From a virus: 64,000 nt of DNA. Both the position numbers and the translations under genes were made by a program. The notes below the pieces were generated by a model, which saw nothing but the letters and a program-made list of their open reading frames with translations, ran no database searches and was not told where the DNA came from. Of the stretch, positions 50,322 through 60,646 are shown one piece after another; position 1 is the first letter of the stretch; every line of letters starts with the position of its first letter. The DNA is taken from positions 24,469 to 88,468 of IMG/VR virus record IMGVR_UViG_3300042261_002391; one strand, given 5' to 3'.

Positions 50322-50384
50322 AGTATTTCGTTTTCATATAAATACTATGAAAAATGGCTACATTGTTAAATGCAGCCATTTTAT

Positions 50385-51515
50385 TTATCCTACTTCATAA
50401 CCATCCTTAAACGGTTTTGAATATGTTGGTCTGATTTTCTTCCATATAATTTCATCATATGGTCTTTTATCAAACATTTTAAATAAGATGCTGCAATATT
50501 CAGTTTTAAGTGCTTCTGCTGCAAATTCTTTACGTGTTTTAATATCATTGATATGATAAATACGAATGAATTCTTTCAACGATAGTCTTTCAATTGAGTT
50601 ATATTCGTTTTCCAACGAAGCAACTGTTTTTTTCAACCAATCATAAAATTCGTCAGGTACTCGGTCAAGTAACGAATCAAAATCATAATTATTCATCAAA
50701 TGTTCCCATACCGTAATATTTGAAACATTCGTTAAAATACCATGTAATCTGATATATTCACTAAATTTTACTTTAACACGAAAACCGTCAGAAAACCTAA
50801 CAACAAAACCTTCACGATTTTCTTCTTCAAGTGCCTTCAAATCATTAAGATTCTTTATGTTTTTTAATTCATATTTCTTAACAACAGTAAAATACTTAGA
50901 ATACATCGCAATCAATTTATCGTATGGTAATTCTTCCCCGGTTGAAGTTATAATGTTACCTAGTAACACTAATTCCCTTCTATCACCATAATCGACAACA
51001 ATACGATTTTCTTTATATAAAATTTCGAACAAATATGTGCAATTACGATTCAATGCATCAAAAGTATTATTTTCAATCATTTTACGTGCTTCAATAACTT
51101 GCTCGGAAATAAATGAACCACGACTAGCAACAATCCATTGCATTATTTCTTCATAAAAGAAAACTATAATCAATGACCCATCCATTTTTTCAAAAATTTC
51201 AAATTCTTTAGACATATCAATTTCTGATGGGTCGTGTTCTTCAAAATTCTTGAATTTCATGAATGGTCTAGCAAGAATATTACCATTGCCATCAACAACC
51301 ATTCCACGACAAGATAATGTGTATACATCCCAAAATCTTTTAGATTGTACTTTAGGTGAATAATTCAAAATCCAAATATCATATTCTGGATGCTTATTGG
51401 CAACAATTAATCCATTGTCAATATATTCCCGCAATAATGCCCAATCAACTTCTTCCAACATTTCCATTCTATGTCCCCCTCTTTTTAGGATATGAGTATA
51501 ACTTGTTTCTTTCAA
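50385..51515 (-). CDS. T4 Rnl1-family RNA ligase
   Basis: EKMDGSL, SRGSF, FE, EGFVV, RVKVK (true start probably the internal MEMLEE). Confidence 0.9.
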   Translation of the reverse strand: MKETSYTHILKRGGHRMEMLEEVDWALLREYIDNGLIVANKHPEYDIWILNYSPKVQSKRFWDVYTLSCRGMVVDGNGNILARPFMKFKNFEEHDPSEIDMSKEFEIFEKMDGSLIIVFFYEEIMQWIVASRGSFISEQVIEARKMIENNTFDALNRNCTYLFEILYKENRIVVDYGDRRELVLLGNIITSTGEELPYDKLIAMYSKYFTVVKKYELKNIKNLNDLKALEEENREGFVVRFSDGFRVKVKFSEYIRLHGILTNVSNITVWEHLMNNYDFDSLLDRVPDEFYDWLKKTVASLENEYNSIERLSLKEFIRIYHINDIKTRKEFAAEALKTEYCSILFKMFDKRPYDEIIWKKIRPTYSKPFKDGYEVG

Positions 51516-52332
51516 GAAATTCTCGTCTCAATTGTTTTGTTTCATATTTATTCTCGCCTAAAACATATACGTATTTATGCTTTTTACCGATTTCCCGGGA
51601 TTCGCACGATAACATATAATCTTTAGATAATTTTTTTATCCTTTTAGCAATATCTTCAGGCATTTGGTCAAACTTTACACTATCACCTTTCTGCCAATCA
51701 AGTTGCCAAATAATTCCATCATTTTTTGCAACTTTTCTATATACTGAACGTGCTCTAAAATATCTGTCTGATACCCATCTACCTGATTCAATTCTATATT
51801 GTTTGCTTGCACCAGATTTCTTACCAATATAATAAAAATTACATGCTTGATAAAGAGTACCTAATTCATTTGCCTCCACATCAGAATATGCGACAAATAC
51901 TCTAAATCTGGTGTTTTTAACCATCCAATTAATAGCGTACATTATTAATGAACTTCCCAAATTTTTGGGTGACCAACTAATGCATGCACCTCTGCTAATT
52001 AATCTTTCAATCTTTTTGGTCTTTTCTCCAACTAATTTCGAAAAAACACTAGGCATATCCATTATCACAACACCTGCTAATATACCATTATATCTTGCAG
52101 TAAAAATGTGCGTTGGATATAAACTCATTCTGCCAAGCCATTCATGTCGTTCGATAAATTCTTTTACTTCATCGTAACACGCATCCTTTTCTTCGAATTG
52201 TATTGTAAAATCAGAAACTCTTAAATCCTTAACATCGTCTTCAGATAAATTTGCTCTTTTTAAATCTTCATCCCGGTTAGCAACCCTTATTTCATATTGC
52301 CAACAATTTTCAGTGTTTGTTTTTATTCCCAT
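51469..52332 (-). CDS. Mom-like GNAT DNA-modification protein
   Basis: ISRGACISWSPKNLGS...VAYSD...GTLYQACNF. Confidence 0.75.
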   Translation of the reverse strand: MGIKTNTENCWQYEIRVANRDEDLKRANLSEDDVKDLRVSDFTIQFEEKDACYDEVKEFIERHEWLGRMSLYPTHIFTARYNGILAGVVIMDMPSVFSKLVGEKTKKIERLISRGACISWSPKNLGSSLIMYAINWMVKNTRFRVFVAYSDVEANELGTLYQACNFYYIGKKSGASKQYRIESGRWVSDRYFRARSVYRKVAKNDGIIWQLDWQKGDSVKFDQMPEDIAKRIKKLSKDYMLSCESREIGKKHKYVYVLGENKYETKQLRREFLERNKLYSYPKKRGT

Positions 52333-52835
52333 TTATGTGCATGTATTATACCGTGCTCCAACTTAGCATCATGAAATATTTCTTTCACGATTTTCAAATA
52401 ATCTTCTTGCTTCAAATAATGCTGATATGTTCCAGATTTGGTCAATCCCGAGGCTTTATTTGGATTCATATATGTCGAGCGAACAAACACCTGTCCGTGC
52501 CTTTTTAATCCATTATATGCCAATAAAAGTATCATTAATTGAACCTCACATTCCATCACAACATTTAACACATTAAATATTGTAGCTGTATCTGTATTAA
52601 ATGCCAAAACATGCTCTAATATCATTAAGTTATGTGCTGCGGTTCTATTATACGGGTCATACACCAAATTTGTTACATTTTTTTCACGTAATTTTTCACT
52701 AAATAAATCATATTTACCACCGCCAATATCAAAATTCACTGTATTCGGTTTCCAGCCAAAATATTTATCCACAATTTTAAATCCCGCTGGGACTTGTTTC
52801 ATAGATGATGCTTCTGAAGAATATTTTTGTATCAT
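52323..52835 (-). CDS. SAM-dependent methyltransferase
   Basis: FDIGGGKYD, YDPYN, NVLNVV. Confidence 0.8.
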   Translation of the reverse strand: MIQKYSSEASSMKQVPAGFKIVDKYFGWKPNTVNFDIGGGKYDLFSEKLREKNVTNLVYDPYNRTAAHNLMILEHVLAFNTDTATIFNVLNVVMECEVQLMILLLAYNGLKRHGQVFVRSTYMNPNKASGLTKSGTYQHYLKQEDYLKIVKEIFHDAKLEHGIIHAHKWE

Positions 52836-52909
52836 TACTATAATCCATTCTAATCAGCAAAGGTAAAACTATTTTAAAAACAATCAAGTATTTATAGAAA
52901 AAAATAGTA

Positions 52910-53347
52910 ATGAAAAATTCAGTCAATAAAATAATCAATGAAGAAGTTGGAAATTATTTAAACGAAGCATATGTTTTTGAAGGAGATAATTTTAAATTTC
53001 AACAACGCATAAATAATTCGACATTTATAAATTATGAAGGGTTTTCAACCGATTATGACCTTAATATAATTGAGAGTGATGTTATGGTTAATTGGCATAT
53101 TGTATTCTGGTTAAACCAATATGGAATTGAAAATTTCAATATAATCGTTGACAGTGTTGAGGGAACATATAAGATTCAATATTTAAATAAACAAACCGAT
53201 GTTCAAGAACAGGAAGTAGAAAAGAATATTTCTGAAATTAAATGGAAATTCGTTGTAGGTGCTGCAAGTCTTAATATTGGTGGTGGCTTATATGTTTCCG
53301 GATTAAATTTTGATTTTAAAACAAATACATGTGATGTCAAATTCTAA
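52910..53347 (+). CDS. hypothetical protein with N-terminal IINEEV motif
   Basis: Late-type promoter directly upstream. Confidence 0.75.
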   Translation: MKNSVNKIINEEVGNYLNEAYVFEGDNFKFQQRINNSTFINYEGFSTDYDLNIIESDVMVNWHIVFWLNQYGIENFNIIVDSVEGTYKIQYLNKQTDVQEQEVEKNISEIKWKFVVGAASLNIGGGLYVSGLNFDFKTNTCDVKF

Positions 53348-54176
53348 TGTCATAACAAATATTATTACTGAAGAAATTAATAAGGTATTGTACGAAAATG
53401 AAAAATTTAACGATACTGACATAATCAATCCCGAGAATATTGATTTATATCGTGAATACGATAAACTAAATGCACAATTGTTTGATGATAAGCTTCCACG
53501 AGTACCAATGAAATGGTCAAATCGAAAATATAGTCTTGGTCACGTTAATGCACACATAAACAGAGCATCAAGAGAATCAAAAATTAATTACTTGGGAATG
53601 TCTAATTTTCATGCAATGCCGTATCGTGTGTTTAAAGATACTCTAGCACATGAAATGATACATGTTTTGCTTTTAATTAACGGAAAACACGATTATGGCG
53701 ATAATCATGGATATAATTTTCATCGAGAAGCAAATAGAATTAATAGTATGGGTTTAGGCTATAATATTACTGCACATAGTAATGATAAATTGGGTGTAAG
53801 TGATAGTGTTAAAGGTAGGGAAATGATTGCGATTATATTAAAAATCAACAACGTTAATTACATAGCAGTCACTTCAAATAAAGTATATGAAACTGAATTC
53901 AGTAGAGTTGTTAATTTATTCGAAAGATTGGTTAATCGTGGAAAATATAACGAGGTCGATATTACGATTGTTAAATCAAGTAATCCGTTATTGCAAAAAT
54001 ACAAACATTTAAGGAATTTTAATTCTGGAATATCTTATTCCCCGCTATCTGATGACCAATTAAACAGTTTATTACAAGACACAATATTGACAAAGTATGA
54101 AGTACGAAGGGATAAACCAGTTGTAATGACTGAAGAAACACACGATAATAATTGGGAAGAAGTGATTATCGTTTAA
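53334..54176 (+). CDS. SprT-like zinc metalloprotease with N-terminal IITEEI motif
   Basis: LNAQLFDDKLP, TLAHEMIH, HG..F. Confidence 0.85.
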   Translation: MSNSNVITNIITEEINKVLYENEKFNDTDIINPENIDLYREYDKLNAQLFDDKLPRVPMKWSNRKYSLGHVNAHINRASRESKINYLGMSNFHAMPYRVFKDTLAHEMIHVLLLINGKHDYGDNHGYNFHREANRINSMGLGYNITAHSNDKLGVSDSVKGREMIAIILKINNVNYIAVTSNKVYETEFSRVVNLFERLVNRGKYNEVDITIVKSSNPLLQKYKHLRNFNSGISYSPLSDDQLNSLLQDTILTKYEVRRDKPVVMTEETHDNNWEEVIIV

Positions 54177-54221
54177 TAATTATATTACACACACAAAACG
54201 ATTATTTTTAATTAATATCAT

Positions 54222-54416
54222 ATGAAAAATCTATTAGAAAAATTGAAAAACTGGTTTAAGAAAAACTGGTTTATTGTAGTAAACTACTTAGTGATTTTTA
54301 TCGCTTATTCAAATGTTTACGAAAAGGAAGGTACTGTACTTGCAGAAGTACTTTTAGGTCTTTGGTTATTTGCTTCCGCAGCATACGGAATTTATAAACT
54401 AACAATTAGAAAATAA
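54222..54416 (+). CDS. small two-TM membrane protein
   Basis: 64 aa, hydrophobic. Confidence 0.65.
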   Translation: MKNLLEKLKNWFKKNWFIVVNYLVIFIAYSNVYEKEGTVLAEVLLGLWLFASAAYGIYKLTIRK

Positions 54417-54449
54417 AAACAAAACCCATCAATTACGATGGGTTTTGTT

Positions 54450-54740
54450 TTAAAATATTAATTCAGTGTAAATATCACTACACCACCTACCTTGAGTTTT
54501 GACGATTTTAATGGGTTTTTTCATCCATTGTTTTGGATTTTTCGATACTAATTTCCAATTAGGATATTTAATATTGTTATCACACGCATAACCGCCATAA
54601 CATTTACCTTCATAATTTTCATTGTCATGATATTTGCAATACGAACATCTAATTTTGCCACTTCTTTCAAGAGTGTGTTTATATGCACGATTAAATTCAT
54701 AACGATTTGTAGTTGTTTCACTAATAATTTTTGCCTTCAT
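54450..54740 (-). CDS. small basic protein (CSYCKYH...NWK...KQW)
   Basis: 96-aa ORF preceded by leader ORF and hairpin. Confidence 0.75.
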   Translation of the reverse strand: MKAKIISETTTNRYEFNRAYKHTLERSGKIRCSYCKYHDNENYEGKCYGGYACDNNIKYPNWKLVSKNPKQWMKKPIKIVKTQGRWCSDIYTELIF

Positions 54741-54757
54741 AATTTTCTAAGTTTAAC

Positions 54758-54790
54758 TTAGAAAACAGATGCCCTTTCTTTAATTTTCAT
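54758..54790 (-). CDS. putative leader peptide MKIKERASVF
   Basis: Its stop lies in an 11-bp inverted repeat (54743-54765) abutting the next ATG. Confidence 0.5.
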   Translation of the reverse strand: MKIKERASVF

Positions 54791-54942
54791 AGTAAAATTT
54801 TTTATATAAATAGTTGATAGTTATTTCAAATTTCTTTTCTTAACCGTTTTTTTTATAATCGGCTTTGTTCTGCGTGGGTCATTAACTTTCAATGGCTTTC
54901 CACAATTACAATCATCTTGTTTATTAGTATTACTCATCACAC

Positions 54943-56863
54943 TTATACTTGTAATAACAATCTCTTATCTTCCCTATTGTAGATTTTAGCAATAGTACCT
55001 TGACCATGAATAATTTGAATGAAATATCCTTTAAATGGATATATCGAATTCATAAATTCTGAATTTAATTCAGGTACGGATATTGGTTGAAATGTATCTG
55101 TAACATATTCAATTATGAAAGATAATTTATTATTGGGGTATGGTTCACATCCGTTAGAATAACATTTTTCACGATATTCGTCATCATGTTCAAAAATTAA
55201 TCGGTAGATTAATGTATCAAAATCATTTTGACTCAACCATTCTTCAAAACGATGATATCTATCTCTTTTAATCATTCCACGTTGTCTTTCTTTCCCAATG
55301 AAAGCTTCGCCTTCTTCAGATTCAAACCAATTATGTAATTTTTCTAAATCAAGTGCCATAATCAATCAAATAAAACATTCCACTTTTCTTTAAACAACTC
55401 AGAATATTCATTAGCATCAACGAAGTTTACTTGCAATACTCCAACGCCTGTCATTACACCAACAAACAACAAGTTAGGGTCAGAAATACCTTCACACGCA
55501 TATGAATCAAATATTCTAATCTGACAATAATCATCATTAATTAACACCTTAACCAAGTGTTTATCGTCACGTTTTTCAACATATTTTGCAGGAAACATCC
55601 ATATTTTTTGAATGTCTATTTCTGCGGTTCTTTCCTGAAACTCCATTTGTCAAATCCGAATTGAGCTATTTTATACTTATCTTCAATATTTAGTGTATCC
55701 TTTTCAGGATTACCTAAAACTCCGCTAATATACATCTGAATTTCCTGAAAAGCAAGAAAACTGTCGAAAACTTTATAGAATTCGTAATCAGCTAGAATCG
55801 GGTTGATTATCAATTCTGAGTCATTACTCAAGCGAATAGTATTGTGACCCAAACTATAATACCCTTCGTTATAGCAAGAGTCATACACGAAAATTGGCGA
55901 CTTAAATTTCCGGAAATAAGATGTAACATCATAGTTGATAATTTCGTTATAGATGTCAACCATATTTCCATTAAAGCTTCTTTCGGTATTAACTAATGGC
56001 TTAATTTCTTCAAAATCGTATGTAATGGTAGTCTTAACACCATTATTACCAACCAATTCGTATAATTTAAAACCAACATAGATTTTACCACAAAATCCAA
56101 TAATAAAGTATGAATAGTTATGATACTTCTGTGGGTTTATTTTCTTCATAAAGAAATTACCCAATCTTAAAAATGGGCTTATGTCTTTATGTTTACCATA
56201 ATAGTCAGCACGTCTAAAAGCGTCGAACATTTCATTTTTTTTCAGTTTAATCTCAGTTCGCTCATAAACAATGGTTTTATCAATGCCAAGTGTTCCGGCA
56301 ACGCCATCGTAATAATCTTTTTTCTTCGATAAAATTAACATGAGTTTTATTTATTGAGGTTTAACACTAAATAATGCTTGTTTCATTAATTAAAAGTCTT
56401 TAAATTGTGGGTATTTTTTTAGTAAAATTTTATCAAAATGTATAAATGATTCACGCTCATTATCATCTCCAATCTCATATTCAATATTAATGTATTCATT
56501 AAACCATGAATATTCGCCGTTAAAATGCAGCACATTATACTTTTTGTATAAGATATTTAAATATCTTTGGTATTGATTATCGTTATATACGTAATATCTT
56601 ACACTATAAAGGGTATTGTCAACAAACAACAATACAACATCCTTTTTAAAAGAATATTCATCTAATCTTACAATCGTAACATTATCAGGATAATCAGTAG
56701 TGTTCGCATCATTAATATCGACACCTTTTTTTATTAGTGATTCTTTACTATCATATCCCAAAATAAAATATTTTAGAACTGTTTTGGAATTAGCACCAAC
56801 CTGAGAGAACACAGTCGTTGAAAACAACAACACAATCAAAGCCAATATAAATTTTTTCATCAT
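54943..56863 (-). CDS. four hypothetical proteins (54943-55365, 55362-55646, 55616-56341, 56390-56863 with signal peptide)
   Basis: Co-oriented ORFs downstream of ECF promoter at 56875-56905. Confidence 0.7.
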
Positions 56864-56908
56864 TATTTTTTTTACTTATACGTAAAGGCTCTAAAAAATG
56901 TTACAATT

Positions 56909-57607
56909 CTAACAAAATTTTATCCATTTTCGTATGGTATTGTCACTCACGCCATATTTCTTTCCAGTTGCAGCATATCCAATCTCATTAACACTATTCA
57001 ATAAAACATCTAGGTCTGGTCTGTCTACTTTACGTAAGCTCTTATGGTGACATTTTTGACACATAACGCTATTATTACTTATTGTTGCACCACACGAACA
57101 AAGCTTGTTTTTTTGTTTAGGTTTTTTTTCTCTAAATTTTAACAGCTTATTGTTTTTTCCTGCAAATGTATCTGATTGAGAATGACAGTTGGGACATAAA
57201 AATTCTAAATTTTCAATTCTGTTGTCATTATTAATACCATTTTTGTGTTCTAATTGTAATGATAATTTTTTACCTTCCCAACATCCAGTATTTCCGCATT
57301 TACATTTATACTCCAACAACCCTTTATTAATTAAACGTTTTTTTAGAGTAGCTCTATTCGTATAGGTTGAATTTTCAACGAGAATATCTTCTATTGGAAT
57401 TATTTCTTTAATTGATGTATGGTCACCATAATAATGATATTTAGGTATTACAATTCCTCTTTTAATTAGTTGTGATTTAATTGAGGCATATCCACCACTA
57501 CCGTTGCTACTATACCCAAAATTAATTAATACTTCCCTTAGTGACTTACTTTTTGCCAATACAGCAATAATCTCAGCATTACTATATTTTTCAATCTTAC
57601 TATTCAT
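56909..57607 (-). mobile_element. HNH homing endonuclease with C-terminal HTH
   Basis: LQLEHKNG...NLEFLCPNCH; GKKYGVSDNTIRKW; follows tRNA-Trp. Confidence 0.9.
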
Positions 57608-57673
57608 AACAATATTTTTTATATAAATAGTATTTCGAACAGCAAAAGTATTATTACATCAAAACTAATTTTG

Positions 57674-57745
57674 CACGCTTGGAAGTAATCGAAACCTCAT
57701 CTTCGGGGTTGGAAGCCGACATCTTAGCCATTAGACGACAAGCGT
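57674..57745 (-). tRNA. tRNA-Trp(CCA)
   Basis: Loop TTCCAAC, G73. Confidence 0.88.
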
Positions 57746-57766
57746 ATATTTATTTTTTCCCACTAA

Positions 57767-58279
57767 TTAAAATATTGATGCCCCTATTGTATATACAATT
57801 GCACTAAATGCAACTAATTCAATCCACCATGTTTTATTCTTTTTTAGTAATAACCCAATCAAAATCATTAAAGACGCTGATATCGCATTAACATGCCACA
57901 TATTATAACCAAATAGAATTGCTAATTGACTAAATCCAACACCTGCGATAGCTGCTGCAGCGTGTATTTTATATATCCAACTATCATTTATTTGAGCTGC
58001 TGCACCAACAAAACAAATACCAGCACCAGCAAAAAATATTAATGGTGTCACATCTATCCCGGCAATTATTGCTGGTATCGCAAAACCCCAACAAAATAAT
58101 GTAAATAGAAAGTTATATTGTTTAGGTAATGCATAGTAACTAGCACTGATTGAACTTTGTACACCGTATTTAATCCAAATAAACGATACATATGATACGA
58201 ACACAAGTACCATTATAATAAACGAAACTAATTGAAATCCCATATAATCATTTTTTTTCATAAATACGAAGAATATCAA
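57767..58279 (-). CDS. multi-pass membrane protein (SISASYY motif)
   Basis: Several TM segments; start likely at MGFQL. Confidence 0.75.
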   Translation of the reverse strand: MIFFVFMKKNDYMGFQLVSFIIMVLVFVSYVSFIWIKYGVQSSISASYYALPKQYNFLFTLFCWGFAIPAIIAGIDVTPLIFFAGAGICFVGAAAQINDSWIYKIHAAAAIAGVGFSQLAILFGYNMWHVNAISASLMILIGLLLKKNKTWWIELVAFSAIVYTIGASIF

Positions 58280-58282
58280 ATT

Positions 58283-58376
58283 AAAGTCGATAAACTACAT
58301 TCGGTTCAAGGCACTCTATAGTCCCGACTAATTTACCATAGATGCAGTAGTTCTTAACTCGTCTAACATCGACTTT
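58283..58376 (-). ncRNA. unidentified rod-like structured RNA in tRNA operon 2
   Basis: Nested stems AAAGTCGAT/ATCGACTTT, AACTAC/GTAGTT, TCTATGGT/ACTATAGA. Confidence 0.45.
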
Positions 58377-58377
58377 G

Positions 58378-58450
58378 TGGAGCTATCGGAGTACGATTCC
58401 GAAACATGACATTGCAAGTGTCATATGATAGCCAGTTTCACCATAACCCC
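58378..58450 (-). tRNA. tRNA-Ala(TGC), atypical T-loop ATCGTAC
   Basis: G3:U70, loop CTTGCAA. Confidence 0.88.
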
Positions 58451-58461
58451 AAATTTAATCG

Positions 58462-58532
58462 TTGCGATAACGGGAATCGAACCCGTATTGTCTCCTTATG
58501 AGAGAGGTATCCTACCGTTAGAAGATATCGCA
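58462..58532 (-). tRNA. tRNA-Met(CAT) (or lysidine Ile2)
   Basis: Loop CTCATAA. Confidence 0.85.
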
Positions 58533-58540
58533 ATATTGTG

Positions 58541-58614
58541 TGGAGTCGAAGGGACTCGAACCCTCAACATCCTGCGTGCAAGGCAGGTGCTCTAGCCAAT
58601 TGAGCTACGACCCC
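58541..58614 (-). tRNA. tRNA-Ala(TGC)
   Basis: Canonical, G3:U70. Confidence 0.95.
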
Positions 58615-58625
58615 AAGTTAATTTG

Positions 58626-58698
58626 TACACCCGGTCGGATTCGAACCGACACTTTATACGTTCTAAGCGTATTGACTCTACCGTTGGTCTACGAGTGC
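58626..58698 (-). tRNA. tRNA-Leu(TAG), short variable loop
   Basis: ATACG-CTTAGAA-CGTAT. Confidence 0.9.
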
Positions 58699-58704
58699 AT
58701 TTTG

Positions 58705-58777
58705 TAGCTACGGTCGGATTCGAACCGACACTTAACTGTGTTTGAAACAGACGACTCTGCCGTTGGTCTACGTAGCC
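58705..58777 (-). tRNA. tRNA-Leu(CAA), short variable loop
   Basis: Loop TTCAAAC. Confidence 0.88.
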
Positions 58778-58789
58778 ATTTAATTTTTG

Positions 58790-58862
58790 TAGCTGCAATC
58801 GGATTCGAACCGATACTTTATACGTTCTTAGCGTATTGACTCTGCCGTTGGTCTACGCAGCC
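58790..58862 (-). tRNA. tRNA-Leu(AAG), short variable loop
   Basis: ATACG-CTAAGAA-CGTAT. Confidence 0.88.
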
Positions 58863-58871
58863 AAATAGTTG

Positions 58872-58959
58872 TAGCTCAGATGGGACTCGAACCCACACGC
58901 CCCTCACGGAGCAGCAGATTTTAAGTCTGCTATGTACTACCAAATTTCATCACTGAGCC
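58872..58959 (-). tRNA. tRNA-Leu(TAA)
   Basis: Class II cloverleaf. Confidence 0.95.
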
Positions 58960-58964
58960 ATTCC

Positions 58965-59216
58965 TTAATTAATCTTAACAAGAGTATTGGAATTAAGTGC
59001 TTTCCTAATATATCTCATCAATGTTATTCCACGATATTCAGCAAAAAATGTTGATGTTCCAACATCTGCTTTATCGTTCATATCAACTTCAAATTGATAA
59101 ATATCTTCACCCACATACAAATTGTAATACAATACACCTGCAATAGCATGACTGAATTTTGCTGTTGTATCTTTTACTGCTTCTATAATTGTAATCATAA
59201 TTTCGAATTTTAGCAT
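58965..59216 (-). CDS. hypothetical phage protein
   Basis: Likely start MITIIE; ITLMRYIRKAL motif. Confidence 0.65.
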   Translation of the reverse strand: MLKFEIMITIIEAVKDTTAKFSHAIAGVLYYNLYVGEDIYQFEVDMNDKADVGTSTFFAEYRGITLMRYIRKALNSNTLVKIN

Positions 59217-59300
59217 GGGCGGGAGGATTCGAACCTAATGCTGCAGACAATCCATATTTCCCCTCGGGCGGGGAACGTCTTACCGTTAAACGACACCCAT
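59214..59300 (-). pseudogene. degenerate tRNA (loop CGCCCGA, long insert, broken T stem)
   Basis: Acceptor and D arm intact. Confidence 0.65.
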
Positions 59301-59365
59301 ATTTTTAATTTATCGGTAATATAACCTATAAACGTTATTTATCGGTAATATAACCTATAAATTTG

Positions 59366-59439
59366 TAGTCGTAGAGGGAATCGAACCCCCGATATTTTGC
59401 TTGTAAAGCAAACGCTCTAAACCACTAAGCCATACGACT
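59366..59439 (-). tRNA. tRNA-Val(TAC)
   Basis: Loop TTTACAA. Confidence 0.93.
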
Positions 59440-59446
59440 ATTTATG

Positions 59447-59520
59447 TGCTTCCAGTTGGATTCGAACCAACGACATTCACTTTGTAGGAGTGACATTCTT
59501 AACCACTGAAATATGGAAGC
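59447..59520 (-). tRNA. tRNA-Val(TAC), C33 variant
   Basis: TCACT-CCTACAA-AGTGA. Confidence 0.87.
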
Positions 59521-59619
59521 ATTTTTGTATGAAAATTCCGTCAATAACTCTCATTTTCGACGTTAGTGTTGGTTATTTCCGACAAAACAATATCTTTTGT
59601 TGATAATAAGCAACATCAG

Positions 59620-59709
59620 TACAGCGTAGGGGATTCGAACCCCTGATACCTCTATTAGAAGTATATCAGATTGAAAGTCTGACAACATAAGCCACTCGTT
59701 CAACGCTGC
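59620..59709 (-). tRNA. tRNA-Glu(TTC) with long variable arm
   Basis: TCAGA-CTTTCAA-TCTGA; extra arm ATACTTCT-AAT-AGAGGTAT. Confidence 0.85.
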
Positions 59710-59741
59710 ATCTTTCAGATTATATCGATTATAATCCATTG

Positions 59742-59813
59742 TACTCGGTACGGTACTCGAAACCGTATGGCAAGGTTGAAAACCTTGAATCCTAACCGTT
59801 AGATGAACCGAGC
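59742..59813 (-). tRNA. tRNA-Glu(TTC)
   Basis: CAAGG-TTTTCAA-CCTTG. Confidence 0.9.
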
Positions 59814-59838
59814 ATTTCTTTTGCTTATCATTTAAGCA

Positions 59839-60504
59839 TTAATATTTTTCATAATACTTTATCCACTTTCTTATGGCATTATCACTTACACCATATTTTC
59901 TACCTGTACCTAAATATCCTAGTTCTTTGATTTCATCAACTAATTGTTTATATTCAGGACGTTTAACTTTACGTTGATTGATTGATTTGTCCTTATTTAG
60001 AGTGCTTTTATTGACAAGATTTTTTATTTTCTTAATCCTTTCAACATTTTTTCCTCCATGTGTTGGGAGTGTTGCATTACAATTAGGACAAACAATTCTC
60101 AAATTTTCAATTCTATTATCATCATGCATTCCATTAATATGGTCAAGAATTAAACTCATATGCTTTCCATGCCAATTTTCATCCTGTCCACACAATTCAC
60201 ATTTACGTTCTTTTAATCCTTCTTTATATAGACGATTTTTTAAATTACACGTACTATGTGTTGAATTAAGAACTAATATATCTTCAATCGGTATTTTCAG
60301 CATAAAATTATATTTGTTGTCGTTAAAATTTGTCTGATTGATACGAATAAAATGATTCGTATCTAAATTAAATAACTTAATATATTTTTTTACTGTATTT
60401 CGATTTCCACATAAATTGTTACCATATAATTTTCTTGACACTTCTGATAACGATACTGATTCTTTTACGATTTTTTCAAATTCTAATTTATTCATAACTG
60501 TCAT
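59839..60504 (-). mobile_element. HNH homing endonuclease with C-terminal HTH (paralogue of 56909-57607)
   Basis: LDHING...NLRIVCPNCN; GRKYGVSDNAIRKW; follows tRNA-Asp. Confidence 0.9.
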
Positions 60505-60565
60505 TTATTATAAATACGAATCAGTTCGAAAAAACAGCGAAAAACCTCAATAAAATCAACATTGC

Positions 60566-60635
60566 CGAACGTGTGGGATTCGAACCCCTACTTCTGAGAG
60601 ACAGTCAGAGATGTTAGCCATTACACTACACGCCC
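60566..60635 (-). tRNA. tRNA-Asp(GTC), U37
   Basis: TCTGA-CTGTCTC-TCAGA. Confidence 0.83.
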
Positions 60636-60646
60636 GTTATTTTTTG

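Noticed and set aside
59308-59361. 24-bp direct repeat TTTATCGGTAATATAACCTATAAA x2
   Set aside because: Only two copies in a tRNA spacer; most simply a local duplication.
28098-60504. Group I introns splitting tRNA genes around the HNH ORFs
   Set aside because: Flanking tRNAs are complete on their own and I saw no intron core; the nucleases are free-standing.
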